A stretch of 63,849 nucleotides of DNA, counting the filler, from Ferroacidibacillus organovorans (GTDB lineage Bacteria > Bacillota > Bacilli > Alicyclobacillales > SLC66): NCBI RefSeq assembly GCF_001642725.1. It is 6 parts of 6 records of this genome, joined end to end, with 100 filler letters (N's around TTAATTAATTAA, not from the genome) between each part and the next. Parts side by side here need not be neighbours in the genome. Positions count along the whole stretch, not along the records: positions 24,482 to 35,612 come from NZ_LSUQ01000072.1; positions 35,713 to 46,702 come from NZ_LSUQ01000073.1; 4 more parts are not named here. One strand, written 5' to 3'. A model generated the notes under the pieces. It saw only the letters and a list, made by a program, of their open reading frames with translations, was not told the origin of the DNA and ran no database searches. Below are positions 31,416-39,200 of this stretch, piece after piece (the first letter of the stretch is position 1; the number at the start of each line of letters is the position of its first letter). Both the position numbers and the translations under genes were made by a program.

Positions 31416-31805
31416 ATGGTAATTGAGATGACAATACAGGTTCGAGTTTCGGATTTTGAAAAAGGTCTCAACTGGTACAAAACTCTGCTTAGAAAGGAAC
31501 CTGATTTTGTTCCGCATGAAGGATTTGCAGAGTGGGAACTCATTCCTGGAAGTTGGCTACAGGTAGCCGAGGGTAACCCTACACAAGGAAACGGTCCTCT
31601 TCGTCTTGGCGTTACTGATATTGAGTCAGAGCGAGAACGGGTTATGAAGGAGCTAGGCGTTGAACTGTTTGAAGTGTATTCACGGGAGGAAGTTCCTGTT
31701 AAATGGGGTAGCTTTTCTGACCCATGGGGAAACCGTCTTGGACTTTTTGAGTATCTGGATAAAACAGAAGAAGCAAAGACCATAAAGAGAGTGCTTCAGA
31801 GATAA
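31416..31805 (+). CDS. VOC family protein
   Basis: VRVSDFEKGLNWY, LRLGVTDIE, FSDPWGNRLG. Confidence 0.88.
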   Translation: MVIEMTIQVRVSDFEKGLNWYKTLLRKEPDFVPHEGFAEWELIPGSWLQVAEGNPTQGNGPLRLGVTDIESERERVMKELGVELFEVYSREEVPVKWGSFSDPWGNRLGLFEYLDKTEEAKTIKRVLQR

Positions 31806-31810
31806 CTTTA

Positions 31811-31918
31811 CTTGTTGCACAAGGGCTTGAGCGGAAGAACTATGTAGCAGTGAAGTCGCATGATTCTACATCTCAGTGGGTCGATGCTTGTGTCGCATAG
31901 GGACAGGAATCTTCAAAA
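31811..31918 (+). repeat. Paired dif-like site unit C (degenerate)
   Basis: CTTGTTGCACAA-GGGCTT ... GCATGATTCTAC ... GTCGCATAG-GGACAG-GAATCTTCAAA. Confidence 0.55.
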
Positions 31919-32033
31919 AGCAGTGATCACAAAGGGGGAATGCTAGTTTGGAATCAATATCGTGAATTGCTCGGTAAGCGCGTAGAGTAGTCTTGCCTCA
32001 CATTGTTCGATGAATATAATGTAGATTACTTCA

Positions 32034-32540
32034 ATGGTCTCTACTGTGCGGGGTGGTCCTGTGAGTTGTCGTCTTGCGTTCTTTAGTCAAGAGTGGGAGT
32101 CGTCAGTGGGAAACTTCAAGTTACATGATTCACAAATGGTTTTCAGTTTCTTGCCGAGTAAAGCCCTTGACTTTTTCCATAATCAGGACGCTTGCTCGGT
32201 CGTTATTTTTATTGATGAAGAACCTGTCGTTTTTTTTGTCTTACACAAGTGTGGAGAGACTTCTGATTTTACCGAAAATAATACCGCGATTTTTTTGCGA
32301 TCTTTCTTGATTGACAAGAGACATCAAAGAAAAGGCTACGCAAAATTAGCGTTGGCTATTTTACCTAAGTTTATGGAAGACCATTTGCCTTATGTGGAGG
32401 AGATCGTTCTGACTGTAGATGAAAACAATTTAGCAGCAAAAAGATTATATGAAAAATCCGGATTCATACACAAAGGGAGAACTAAAGTAGGTAGAAGTGG
32501 TCTTGAACTTGGTATGCACTATTCGCTCAAGGGCAGTTAA
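32034..32540 (+). CDS. GNAT family N-acetyltransferase (possibly decaying)
   Basis: FLIDKRHQRKGYAK, LTVDENNLAAKRLYEKSGF. Confidence 0.8.
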   Translation: MVSTVRGGPVSCRLAFFSQEWESSVGNFKLHDSQMVFSFLPSKALDFFHNQDACSVVIFIDEEPVVFFVLHKCGETSDFTENNTAIFLRSFLIDKRHQRKGYAKLALAILPKFMEDHLPYVEEIVLTVDENNLAAKRLYEKSGFIHKGRTKVGRSGLELGMHYSLKGS

Positions 32541-32746
32541 TCATTTTTGGCAAGCTAATAGCCAACAGCAAATGCGGAGTGGAAATTCGTGCCATTTGAT
32601 ACTCTTCCCATTTCTCATTCTTTGATCTTCATATACTTTCATCAACAAATGGTATCGACAACCACATCCCTTTGAATCAGTCATTGATCACACGGTGCGA
32701 GTTTGCGAAGAAATCATTCCAAGTTCTTTGATTTTCTAAGAGACAT

Positions 32747-32859
32747 ATTACTGTACTACGGGTGCGTATCTGGAATAGCCACCGCAGATCCGCTGGCGTA
32801 TGATTATACATAGGGTTCGACCCAATGATCTTGCGCATACGGGCAGTTTAGTCCCATAC
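32747..32859 (+). repeat. Paired dif-like site unit D
   Basis: ACTGTACTAC-GGGTGC ... TAGCCACCGCAGATCCGCTGGCGTATGATTATAC ... CTTGCGCATAC-GGGCAG-TTTAGTCCCAT. Confidence 0.78.
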
Positions 32860-32891
32860 CGTGGAAACTATATTCAGGGAAGAAGAACACC

Positions 32892-33299
32892 ATGGACAAG
32901 GACGTAGAGACCGCCATCGTAAAGACGTTCTTCAACAAAAGGGTTCAAGATCGGATCTTGTTAGAGTTGTTTTCCTCGGATAAGCGGCGAAATCGAGGAC
33001 TTAATCGGTTGTGCCATCACTACCGACAGACTCTCCGTGAAGAATATCTGATTGAAATACCAACGCCTAATTCAGATCCCAAAGAAATTGCCGACATACT
33101 GAAGAGAAATGGTGCGGGCAAGTCATTTTATGCGATGTCATGGAATCCCGACATCGACGGAAAACATTTGTCCATTGACGAGGCTCTGGATGCGGTGACC
33201 ACGATTACCGAAATTGGACACGAACATCAATGCCATCGGGGCCTCGCTTATAGTCAATGCGTTCAATCAGCAGTTTTGCGAGTCGATTTCTCTCCTTGA
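32892..33299 (+). pseudogene. Hypothetical protein, probably 3'-truncated where it meets the recombinase gene
   Basis: About 100 natural-looking codons, then the last ~30 codons are antisense to the recombinase 3' end (95-nt overlap). Confidence 0.55.
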
Positions 33300-34698
33300 C
33301 ATCGACGCGTGCTTCCCAAGCCGATTTGAATGCATCGAACCTTTGCACCCGCAGCGCGCGCGTCAGTTCGGCGCATCCATCAAGGTGATCGCGTAGCTGA
33401 TAGATTTCGTTCTCCTTTTTCACCATCAGGGTCCTCAAACTCTCCAGTCGTGTGGTGTAGTCTTGTTTGGAGAGATCGCCCATCACGAACAGGTCCTGCA
33501 ACCGGTTCACCCCTTCTCTCAGGCGTTCGAGTTCAGCCTCCTTCGTTTGTAACAGACACTCTGACACCAGAACGGGTTCCTCGGCATCTGCAGGCATTTG
33601 GAGGAGTTCCGTTTCATATTGCCGCATACTTTCGAACACGGCGGTTTCTACAGGCTCGAGTTCAATGCCCGGATTGCCGCAGATGATCCCGTCGTTGCCC
33701 GGTCTTTGGCATTTCTTGACGAGGGTTCTGCCGTTTTCTTTCGGCTGAAACTTCAGCGAGGAACCGCACCGGCCACAATGGAGGAGACCGGAGAGAAAGT
33801 AGGTTCCGTGCCTTGAATGCTTGGGCTGAACGCGACGCCCTTCCAAGAGTTTGATGATTTGCAGATGTTCAGCCGGTGTCTTCACGGCAGGGTGTGCGTT
33901 TTCGACGATGATCCAATTTTCTCTGGGGATCACTTTGAAGGGCGCTGCCTGCCGCTTTTTATGCAGTCCACCGTTGGTCTTCCCATACACTACGCGTCCC
34001 AAGTGGACTTCGTTGATGATCAGCCGATACAGTACGCTGTCCGACCAACGTGCTCCTTTTGGAGAGGGGACAGTGCGGCGGTTGAGCTCTGCGCAGACCG
34101 CGCTGCAGGTTTCACCGCTTAAAATTTGATCTTTGATAAAACGATAGGTCTCTAATTTCGCAGGATCAATCTGCAGGCTGTGGACGTCTGCGTTGTATAC
34201 GTAGGGAAATGGGGCCGGACCGTTCGTCCAGTGGCCTAGGCGAGCGCCAATCTTCTTGCCGCGCTGGAACCGCTTCTTAATCATCCGGTACTCATACCTG
34301 GCGAACACGCCTTCGATGTCCGTCATGAGTTCTTGGTCCTCGTCGTTCAAGTCATAGACACGTGTCGGCGTGACCACGACCGTGTTGGAGCGCTTGAGAA
34401 TTTTCTCGATCCGCGCGCGGTCCTCTTTGTCGCCCCGACTGAGGCGATCATAGTCGACCACGACGACCGCATCGTAGAAGTCGTTTTCGACGTCGCTGAG
34501 CAGGCGTTTGAATTCGGGCCGGAATTCAATGCTGTCGGAACTGCCGATTTCCCGGTAGATCACATAGCGCCAAGTGTTTTGGCGAGCGAGATCGGTGAGG
34601 GCGGTTTCGTGTTTGAGCAAAACGTCTTCCTCGCCGTCCGAATCATCGCGACTCTTGCGCAGATAGATGGCCACTTCGTAGATTTTCTTGGGTTCCAT
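33205..34698 (-). CDS. Large serine recombinase (resolvase + recombinase + Zn ribbon + coiled coil)
   Basis: YLRKSR catalytic Ser; RPEF; DRLSRG; LSGLLHCGRCG; LIERIDY. Confidence 0.95.
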   Translation of the reverse strand: MEPKKIYEVAIYLRKSRDDSDGEEDVLLKHETALTDLARQNTWRYVIYREIGSSDSIEFRPEFKRLLSDVENDFYDAVVVVDYDRLSRGDKEDRARIEKILKRSNTVVVTPTRVYDLNDEDQELMTDIEGVFARYEYRMIKKRFQRGKKIGARLGHWTNGPAPFPYVYNADVHSLQIDPAKLETYRFIKDQILSGETCSAVCAELNRRTVPSPKGARWSDSVLYRLIINEVHLGRVVYGKTNGGLHKKRQAAPFKVIPRENWIIVENAHPAVKTPAEHLQIIKLLEGRRVQPKHSRHGTYFLSGLLHCGRCGSSLKFQPKENGRTLVKKCQRPGNDGIICGNPGIELEPVETAVFESMRQYETELLQMPADAEEPVLVSECLLQTKEAELERLREGVNRLQDLFVMGDLSKQDYTTRLESLRTLMVKKENEIYQLRDHLDGCAELTRALRVQRFDAFKSAWEARVDVKERNRLAKLLIERIDYKRGPDGIDVRVQFR

Positions 34699-34868
34699 GG
34701 TGGTATCACCTCGATTCGTGGCATCATGTGTTCCTTCCTTTTCAGCTTTGCTCTGGACGGTGAACGAGTCAACGGCAACGAATGGAGAGACCGCGGGAGT
34801 TAAGGCTGCGGATGAAAGGATGGGTATGGTCTTGGATCAGCCCCGAAAGAATACTCGGGGCGTCTGGT

Positions 34869-35081
34869 TCACGGGATCCAACTGGGATCGATGAGTCGCA
34901 TCATGAGTGGATACAAAGCACTACGGAAGCTTTCCACGGCGGCAGTTGAGGGCTCGTTACTGGTCACGCTTATGGTGAGTTTCCCGTGCTGAAGGACCAT
35001 TGTCTTGGCTGGACCGGGTTTGACTAGGGAGGCGGGCTCGTTGACGGGCTCGACGAACGACGCGTCTGTTGGTGAGGGCAT
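34869..35081 (-). CDS. Small 'NxPS' family protein, paralog 2, upstream of the recombinase (candidate directionality factor)
   Basis: AGGAGGTGTCCCC-ATG; GKLTISVTSNEPSTAAVESFRSAL. Confidence 0.7.
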   Translation of the reverse strand: MPSPTDASFVEPVNEPASLVKPGPAKTMVLQHGKLTISVTSNEPSTAAVESFRSALYPLMMRLIDPSWIP

Positions 35082-35166
35082 GGGGACACCTCCTGCATTT
35101 GATGTGACGGGGTCAGGGTGGACGTCGACCTAAGCGCGGGAGCAGCGATGAAATAGTGGCAAATTC

Positions 35167-35219
35167 AGCGTACAAGTTTTATGGTCGGCATGGTGCCATC
35201 ATCGTGACCGGAGCGTGCC
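35167..35219 (-). promoter_or_regulatory. GGCAC-repeat promoter, copy 2, facing the small ORF and recombinase
   Basis: GGCAC-N6-GTCAC-N6-GGCACC-N19-TACGCT. Confidence 0.55.
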
Positions 35220-35381
35220 AATAAGCCAGGCACACGTGCGCAAACTGCCGACATGCGCGCACCGACGCTGGGTGGTAGAATTATCCGTAGAACATTCAGT
35301 TTGGTGTTTCTACGGAGTGCATCTCAACGCACGCGGGCAAGCTGAGCACGTGAGAATGAATTCCAGGGAGGAAGATGCTCT

Positions 35382-35612
35382 ATGTCAAACGATGCGCAGA
35401 GCCACAAACACACCAACCGCCTGATCCACGAAAAGTCGCCTTACTTACTCCAACACGCGCACAATCCCGTCGACTGGTACCCATGGGGCCCAGAGGCGTT
35501 CCAAAAGGCCGCCCGTGAATCGAAGGCAGTATTCCTCTCCATTGGCTATTCGTAGCCCTGCGGGGCTACGAATAGCTGTATACGCTGAAAGTGGAGTAGT
35601 TTATCGACCTGT
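35382..35612 (+). CDS. yyaL: YyaL/SPATA20-family thioredoxin-domain (DUF255) protein, 5' part, interrupted by a 54-nt coding gap and cut by the contig end
   Basis: GGAGG RBS. ATG 35382 gives [57 protein letters not shown] then TAG 35553. In-frame TCG ACC TGT (S-T-C) at 35604-35612 continues the family motif IGYSTCHWC. Confidence 0.9.
35545..35606 (+). other. Candidate programmed ribosomal bypassing element (gene 60-like)
   Basis: Take-off TCG 35550-35552; TAG; 14-bp perfect stem with C(TGCG)G tetraloop; GGAG 35593-35596; landing TCG 35604-35606. Confidence 0.7.
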
Positions 35613-35712
35613 NNNNNNNNNNNNNNNNNNNNNNNNNNNNNNNNNNNNNNNNNNNNTTAATTAATTAANNNNNNNNNNNNNNNNNNNNNNNNNNNNNNNN
35701 NNNNNNNNNNNN
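35613..35712. other. Artificial contig linker
   Basis: N-TTAATTAATTAA-N. Confidence 0.99.
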
Positions 35713-35775
35713 GTGAAGTAGGAACCGTGAGTTGATTCTAGCCTCTGCGTTTCATTAACGTGGGGGCTATTTTAC
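35713..35775 (+). mobile_element. Probable IS200/IS605-family (tnpB-type) right end
   Basis: GTGAAGTAGGAACC ... hairpin GCCTCTGCGTT-TCATT-AACGTGGGGGC ending TTAC, at a contig break. Confidence 0.55.
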
Positions 35776-36861
35776 GCTTACCCAACTCCCGATCACGCCA
35801 CCGGGGCGCACCAACCGCGTCATTTCCGGGATGGATAGTTTGAGATCTGTAAAGTGCAAGAATCCTGTACCGAGCACCACGTCGAAGGAACCTGCGTCAA
35901 AGGGCAATGATTCTGCTCGTCCGTTCATAAATTCAATCCAATCAATCTGTAACGACCGCTGCTTTGTTCGGGCGCGCGCTAGCATACCCGTTGATGGGTC
36001 AACGGCGATGATGTGACCACCGGGTTGGACTGCATCTGCCAACCCGCCTTCGAAAGTCAAAGGCCCATTGGCGCAGCCAAGTTCCAACACCCGCATTCCC
36101 GGCTGCACACCGACAAATTGGATAAAATCCTTTCGTTGCTGTGGGGTATCGGGCCAGACTTCATCGGCCACCTGCTCATAGGCGTCGTAGAGATTGAACT
36201 GCGAGATCCGCAGGAACTGCAACCGCTGCTTGAAATAGCCCGCTTGCTCCAGCGTCTCGGAGGCACGCTCGAGCGCCTGTTCCCCTTCCTCGGTCAACCG
36301 GACAAAGCGATGTCCATCCCGTTCTACAACTTCTACGTTGCCAAGCAGGGCGGCAAACATCAATTCCTCACTGAGACTGTAGTCGACCCAGGGACGGTGC
36401 CAACTACCAAGCACGTATTCGCGCTCCGGAATTTCGCCGAAATGATGGAGAGCATTTTGGTTCTCCCAGCTGGTCACCAACATGTACAACTGCAGCAGGG
36501 TGCCAAAACTCTGCTCCTTTACAAACTGGGTTACCCGGTTCATGGCGTCATCAATCAACGGTTCATCCACTTCCAACTGCCCTGTGCGCTTGTGCGTCAA
36601 GTATACGGCGGTGGAGGCGACGATTTCATGCACCGCGATTTGTGGGATGCGGTCAGGAGATGGAAAATGATGCAGTACGCGCACTCGTTCCTCCTCGGTC
36701 CAGTGGACATGGGCGAATTCACGGGCACGTGTGCTCATATCGCTGTATAGGGCGGCATCCAAGCGGCCTTCGCTGGACAGTCCAGCGAGCCAGGGACTGA
36801 TGACGATGCCTACATCTTGCATGGCGTGAAGGTCGTTCGAGAGATCCGGAAAGATAAACAT
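35767..36861 (-). CDS. Class I SAM-dependent methyltransferase with N-terminal extension (C-terminus possibly cut by the IS)
   Basis: VLELGCANG, VDPSTGML, AESLPFDAGSFD, RLVRPGG; its stop codon lies inside the IS-like end. Confidence 0.82.
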   Translation of the reverse strand: MFIFPDLSNDLHAMQDVGIVISPWLAGLSSEGRLDAALYSDMSTRAREFAHVHWTEEERVRVLHHFPSPDRIPQIAVHEIVASTAVYLTHKRTGQLEVDEPLIDDAMNRVTQFVKEQSFGTLLQLYMLVTSWENQNALHHFGEIPEREYVLGSWHRPWVDYSLSEELMFAALLGNVEVVERDGHRFVRLTEEGEQALERASETLEQAGYFKQRLQFLRISQFNLYDAYEQVADEVWPDTPQQRKDFIQFVGVQPGMRVLELGCANGPLTFEGGLADAVQPGGHIIAVDPSTGMLARARTKQRSLQIDWIEFMNGRAESLPFDAGSFDVVLGTGFLHFTDLKLSIPEMTRLVRPGGVIGSWVSVK

Positions 36862-36963
36862 CCGTACACCTCCCACAGATTGGGGTATGCGGATTCAATT
36901 CGGCAACCTAGCTTCTAGTTCCTGCCATGTGTCCACATTTGTATAGAATTTTGTGAACCCGGT

Positions 36964-37635
36964 TTACTTACGATTTCGCGGTCTCTTTTGCGGCGATGCA
37001 GGGGCTTGGTGCGTAGAAAGCTGGATGACGCCTTGGAGGAAGTCGCGGACGAATTTCAATTGCTCCGGATTTAACATTACGCCGTTGTAGGTTAGATCCG
37101 GTTGCTCCAGAATGTCTTGCAAATCGATGGGGTAGTTGGCGGTGGCATCGGACTGTCCGCGCAGATACTCGATGGATACTGTCAGTGCAGCTGCGAGTTT
37201 GGCCAACGTCTGCTCGCTTGGCCATGATTTCGGGGAAGATTCCCAGCGTTCTAGCGTTTTGCTCGATACGCCGCACAACGAAGCCAATGCATCCACAGTC
37301 ATACCGAGGCTTGTGCGTGTGGTCCGCAAGCGGTGCGCAAAGAGCACCAGGCCGTCATCCAAATATCCGGCCGACTGTAATGCCTGTGCGTAGGGGACAT
37401 CGAGCGCTTGCGCGAGTGCCACAAGCGAACTTGTCTTTGGTTTGCGCTTGCCGTTTTCCACACTGGAGATATACCCGAGCGACAGCCCGGACCTCGCGGC
37501 CAGTGTCCGTTGTGTCCATCGTTTTTCCAGGCGCACTTTGCGAAGCCAAGACCCAAAATCCTCGTTCACTTTCACCGCTCCCACGTGCAATGCATCACTG
37601 GTGTGAATCATACCATCCGGGTCGTGAGGGTGCAA
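36964..37635 (-). CDS. Xre-family repressor with two HTH domains (ImmR/CI-like)
   Basis: LRKVR..WTQRTLA..SLGYISSVENG and LRTTR..MTVDALA..VSSKTLERWE; divergent from the Cro-like gene. Confidence 0.88.
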   Translation of the reverse strand: MHPHDPDGMIHTSDALHVGAVKVNEDFGSWLRKVRLEKRWTQRTLAARSGLSLGYISSVENGKRKPKTSSLVALAQALDVPYAQALQSAGYLDDGLVLFAHRLRTTRTSLGMTVDALASLCGVSSKTLERWESSPKSWPSEQTLAKLAAALTVSIEYLRGQSDATANYPIDLQDILEQPDLTYNGVMLNPEQLKFVRDFLQGVIQLSTHQAPASPQKRPRNRK

Positions 37636-37738
37636 TCATAAAAGTAATCAAAAGTGAACAAAAATACGGTTGTCAGATTCTGTGGACGAGACTATGATTT
37701 CCTTACCATCATTTGTAGGCCAAACGGGAGGCGTGCTC

Positions 37739-38002
37739 ATGTCGAAGTTCAGCGGACTGATTCTTGTGAAAGTGGACGAGTTCACCCGAACGCGGATTGT
37801 CAATGGGTTGTCGCAACGAGAGCTGGCGCAGCAAGTGGATTATAGCGTGGCGTATGTCAGCCAACTGGAGCGCGGCCTGCGCCATCCAAGTCCCCAGGCG
37901 GCAAGGCAATTTTGCGTGGCATTGGGCGCAAAGTTTGACGATCTTTTTTGTCTCTGTAATGTTCACAAAAGTGAACAAATGAATGCAAAGGAGACGAGTT
38001 GA
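37739..38002 (+). CDS. Cro/Xre-like HTH regulator
   Basis: LSQRELAQQVDYSVAYVSQLERG; GGAGG RBS. Confidence 0.88.
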   Translation: MSKFSGLILVKVDEFTRTRIVNGLSQRELAQQVDYSVAYVSQLERGLRHPSPQAARQFCVALGAKFDDLFCLCNVHKSEQMNAKETS

Positions 38003-38003
38003 A

Positions 38004-38171
38004 ATGCTTGAGCCTAAGAAACCAGCGGAAGCCCAGCAGAAGCCCATCGCAAAGGAAACAAACCCCTGTTATCCAGATACACACCGGGCCTACGAAAAGC
38101 TCATGCAGCACGACGCATACAAGCGGGTGAAGGGACGCGTACGACAGAACAAGTGGGGGGAGCGCTCATGA
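38004..38171 (+). CDS. Small phage/ICE hypothetical protein
   Basis: AAGGAG RBS; LMQHDAYKRVKGRVRQ; overlaps the next gene's start. Confidence 0.6.
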   Translation: MLEPKKPAEAQQKPIAKETNPCYPDTHRAYEKLMQHDAYKRVKGRVRQNKWGERS

Positions 38172-38641
38172 GAGAGGTGCCCATCGATCAAGTGGAGGCG
38201 TGGCTGTACGCATATCCAGTCTGGCAAAGGCAACTGCAGAACCTGCACACGCAGTTGGAAGAACTTCCAGACGGGGGGCGCCGATTCCGGCCCGCGCCCT
38301 CTTTTTGCAAAGGATCGGTTCGAGATGTCACGTATGAACGGGTGGCGAAGCGTCTTGAATTTGAAGAGGTGTATATCCATCCACTCGAGGTGCGGGTTCA
38401 GATCCTCGAAAATGCGCTGCTTGCCCTCACCACCGATGAACTGAGATTGGTGAAGTTCAAATACTTCGAACGGATGAGCAACGCACTTATCTGGGAGGCT
38501 CTGTTCATCTCTCGCCGGGGGTTTTTCCGAAAACGGACGTACGTGGTCCACAAATTGTTTGAGGCGCTGGGGGGAGAGGGAGCCCCCATTTGGTCGCAAG
38601 AATGGGAAGAGGAAGTGGATGGTGTTCACTCTGCTTGGTGA
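38168..38641 (+). CDS. ArpU/RinA-like transcriptional activator (sigma region 4-like C-terminus)
   Basis: VEAWLYAYP; ALLALTTDELRLVKFKYF..ALFISRRGFFRKR. Confidence 0.75.
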   Translation: MREVPIDQVEAWLYAYPVWQRQLQNLHTQLEELPDGGRRFRPAPSFCKGSVRDVTYERVAKRLEFEEVYIHPLEVRVQILENALLALTTDELRLVKFKYFERMSNALIWEALFISRRGFFRKRTYVVHKLFEALGGEGAPIWSQEWEEEVDGVHSAW

Positions 38642-38856
38642 GGAGATTTTGGTTCCGGCAGGTCGACAAGGTTCAGGAGAATCTCCTGCCACGTCGTGAT
38701 AAATTTGTCCAGCGCGTCTCGCGAAGGGCGGTTGTAGGTGACGGTCAGGGCGCAGTGGTCACGGCGAAACGTGACAGAGGTCGTTCCGTCTGGGTTCGTG
38801 CTGCGTCCTGTTTCTTCAAATTCATGAGTAAAGGTCGGGAATCCAAGCGACTTCAT
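38626..38856 (-). CDS. Small 'NxPS' family protein, paralog 3
   Basis: AAGGAGGTCTCCC-ATG; TTSVTF...ALTVTYNRPSRDALDKF. Confidence 0.68.
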   Translation of the reverse strand: MKSLGFPTFTHEFEETGRSTNPDGTTSVTFRRDHCALTVTYNRPSRDALDKFITTWQEILLNLVDLPEPKSPHQAE

Positions 38857-38958
38857 GGGAGACCTCCTTGTGGCGTAACCGCCGAGTGATGAGCTGTTGG
38901 ACGTTGGTCTTTTGATGAAGGGGATATCAATGGTGGGAAAACGCGGGGCACTGATTCG

Positions 38959-39012
38959 AGGATACATCGGCTTTCATCGGTGCGGGTGCCACCTCTGGGA
39001 CAGAAGAGTGCC
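38959..39012 (-). promoter_or_regulatory. GGCAC-repeat promoter, copy 3
   Basis: GGCAC-N6-GTCCC-N6-GGCACC-N20-TATCCT. Confidence 0.55.
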
Positions 39013-39124
39013 TATAGAAAATGGTTGACAGAAGTGGATTCAAGAGCAAATCTCAAGGTGTCAAGCGCGTGTCCACGCGTTCATGGTTCGAAAAATCAGG
39101 AGAATCGGGATCCCAAGGTGATTT

Positions 39125-39167
39125 GGCACTGCAACGGCACCATCGAATGAAATTCCCGTGCTAGCAT
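39125..39167 (+). promoter_or_regulatory. GGCAC-repeat promoter, copy 4
   Basis: GGCAC-TGCAAC-GGCACC-N20-TAGCAT with extended TG. Confidence 0.62.
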
Positions 39168-39200
39168 GGGAACATCTGAAGAAAGGGCGGTGTGGAACGG

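Noticed and set aside
28462..32859. Intergenic repeats as a CRISPR array or classical attC integron
   Set aside because: Units are degenerate and separated by whole genes; there are no cas genes, no intI, and no clear RYYYAAC...GTTRRRY attC boxes.
35553..35606. yyaL gap as selenocysteine/pyrrolysine readthrough, a self-splicing intron or a terminator
   Set aside because: Two in-frame stops (TAG, TGA) plus 16 extra codons before the CxxC argue against readthrough; 54 nt is too short for a group I/II intron; the hairpin has no U-tract. A tiny insertion with a 3-bp TCG duplication is not excluded but does not explain the pairing with coding sequence.
36964..38641. Prophage call from the Xre/Cro/ArpU genes
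   Set aside because: No terminase, capsid, tail or lysis genes; the downstream genes are Tad/Flp and surface proteins.
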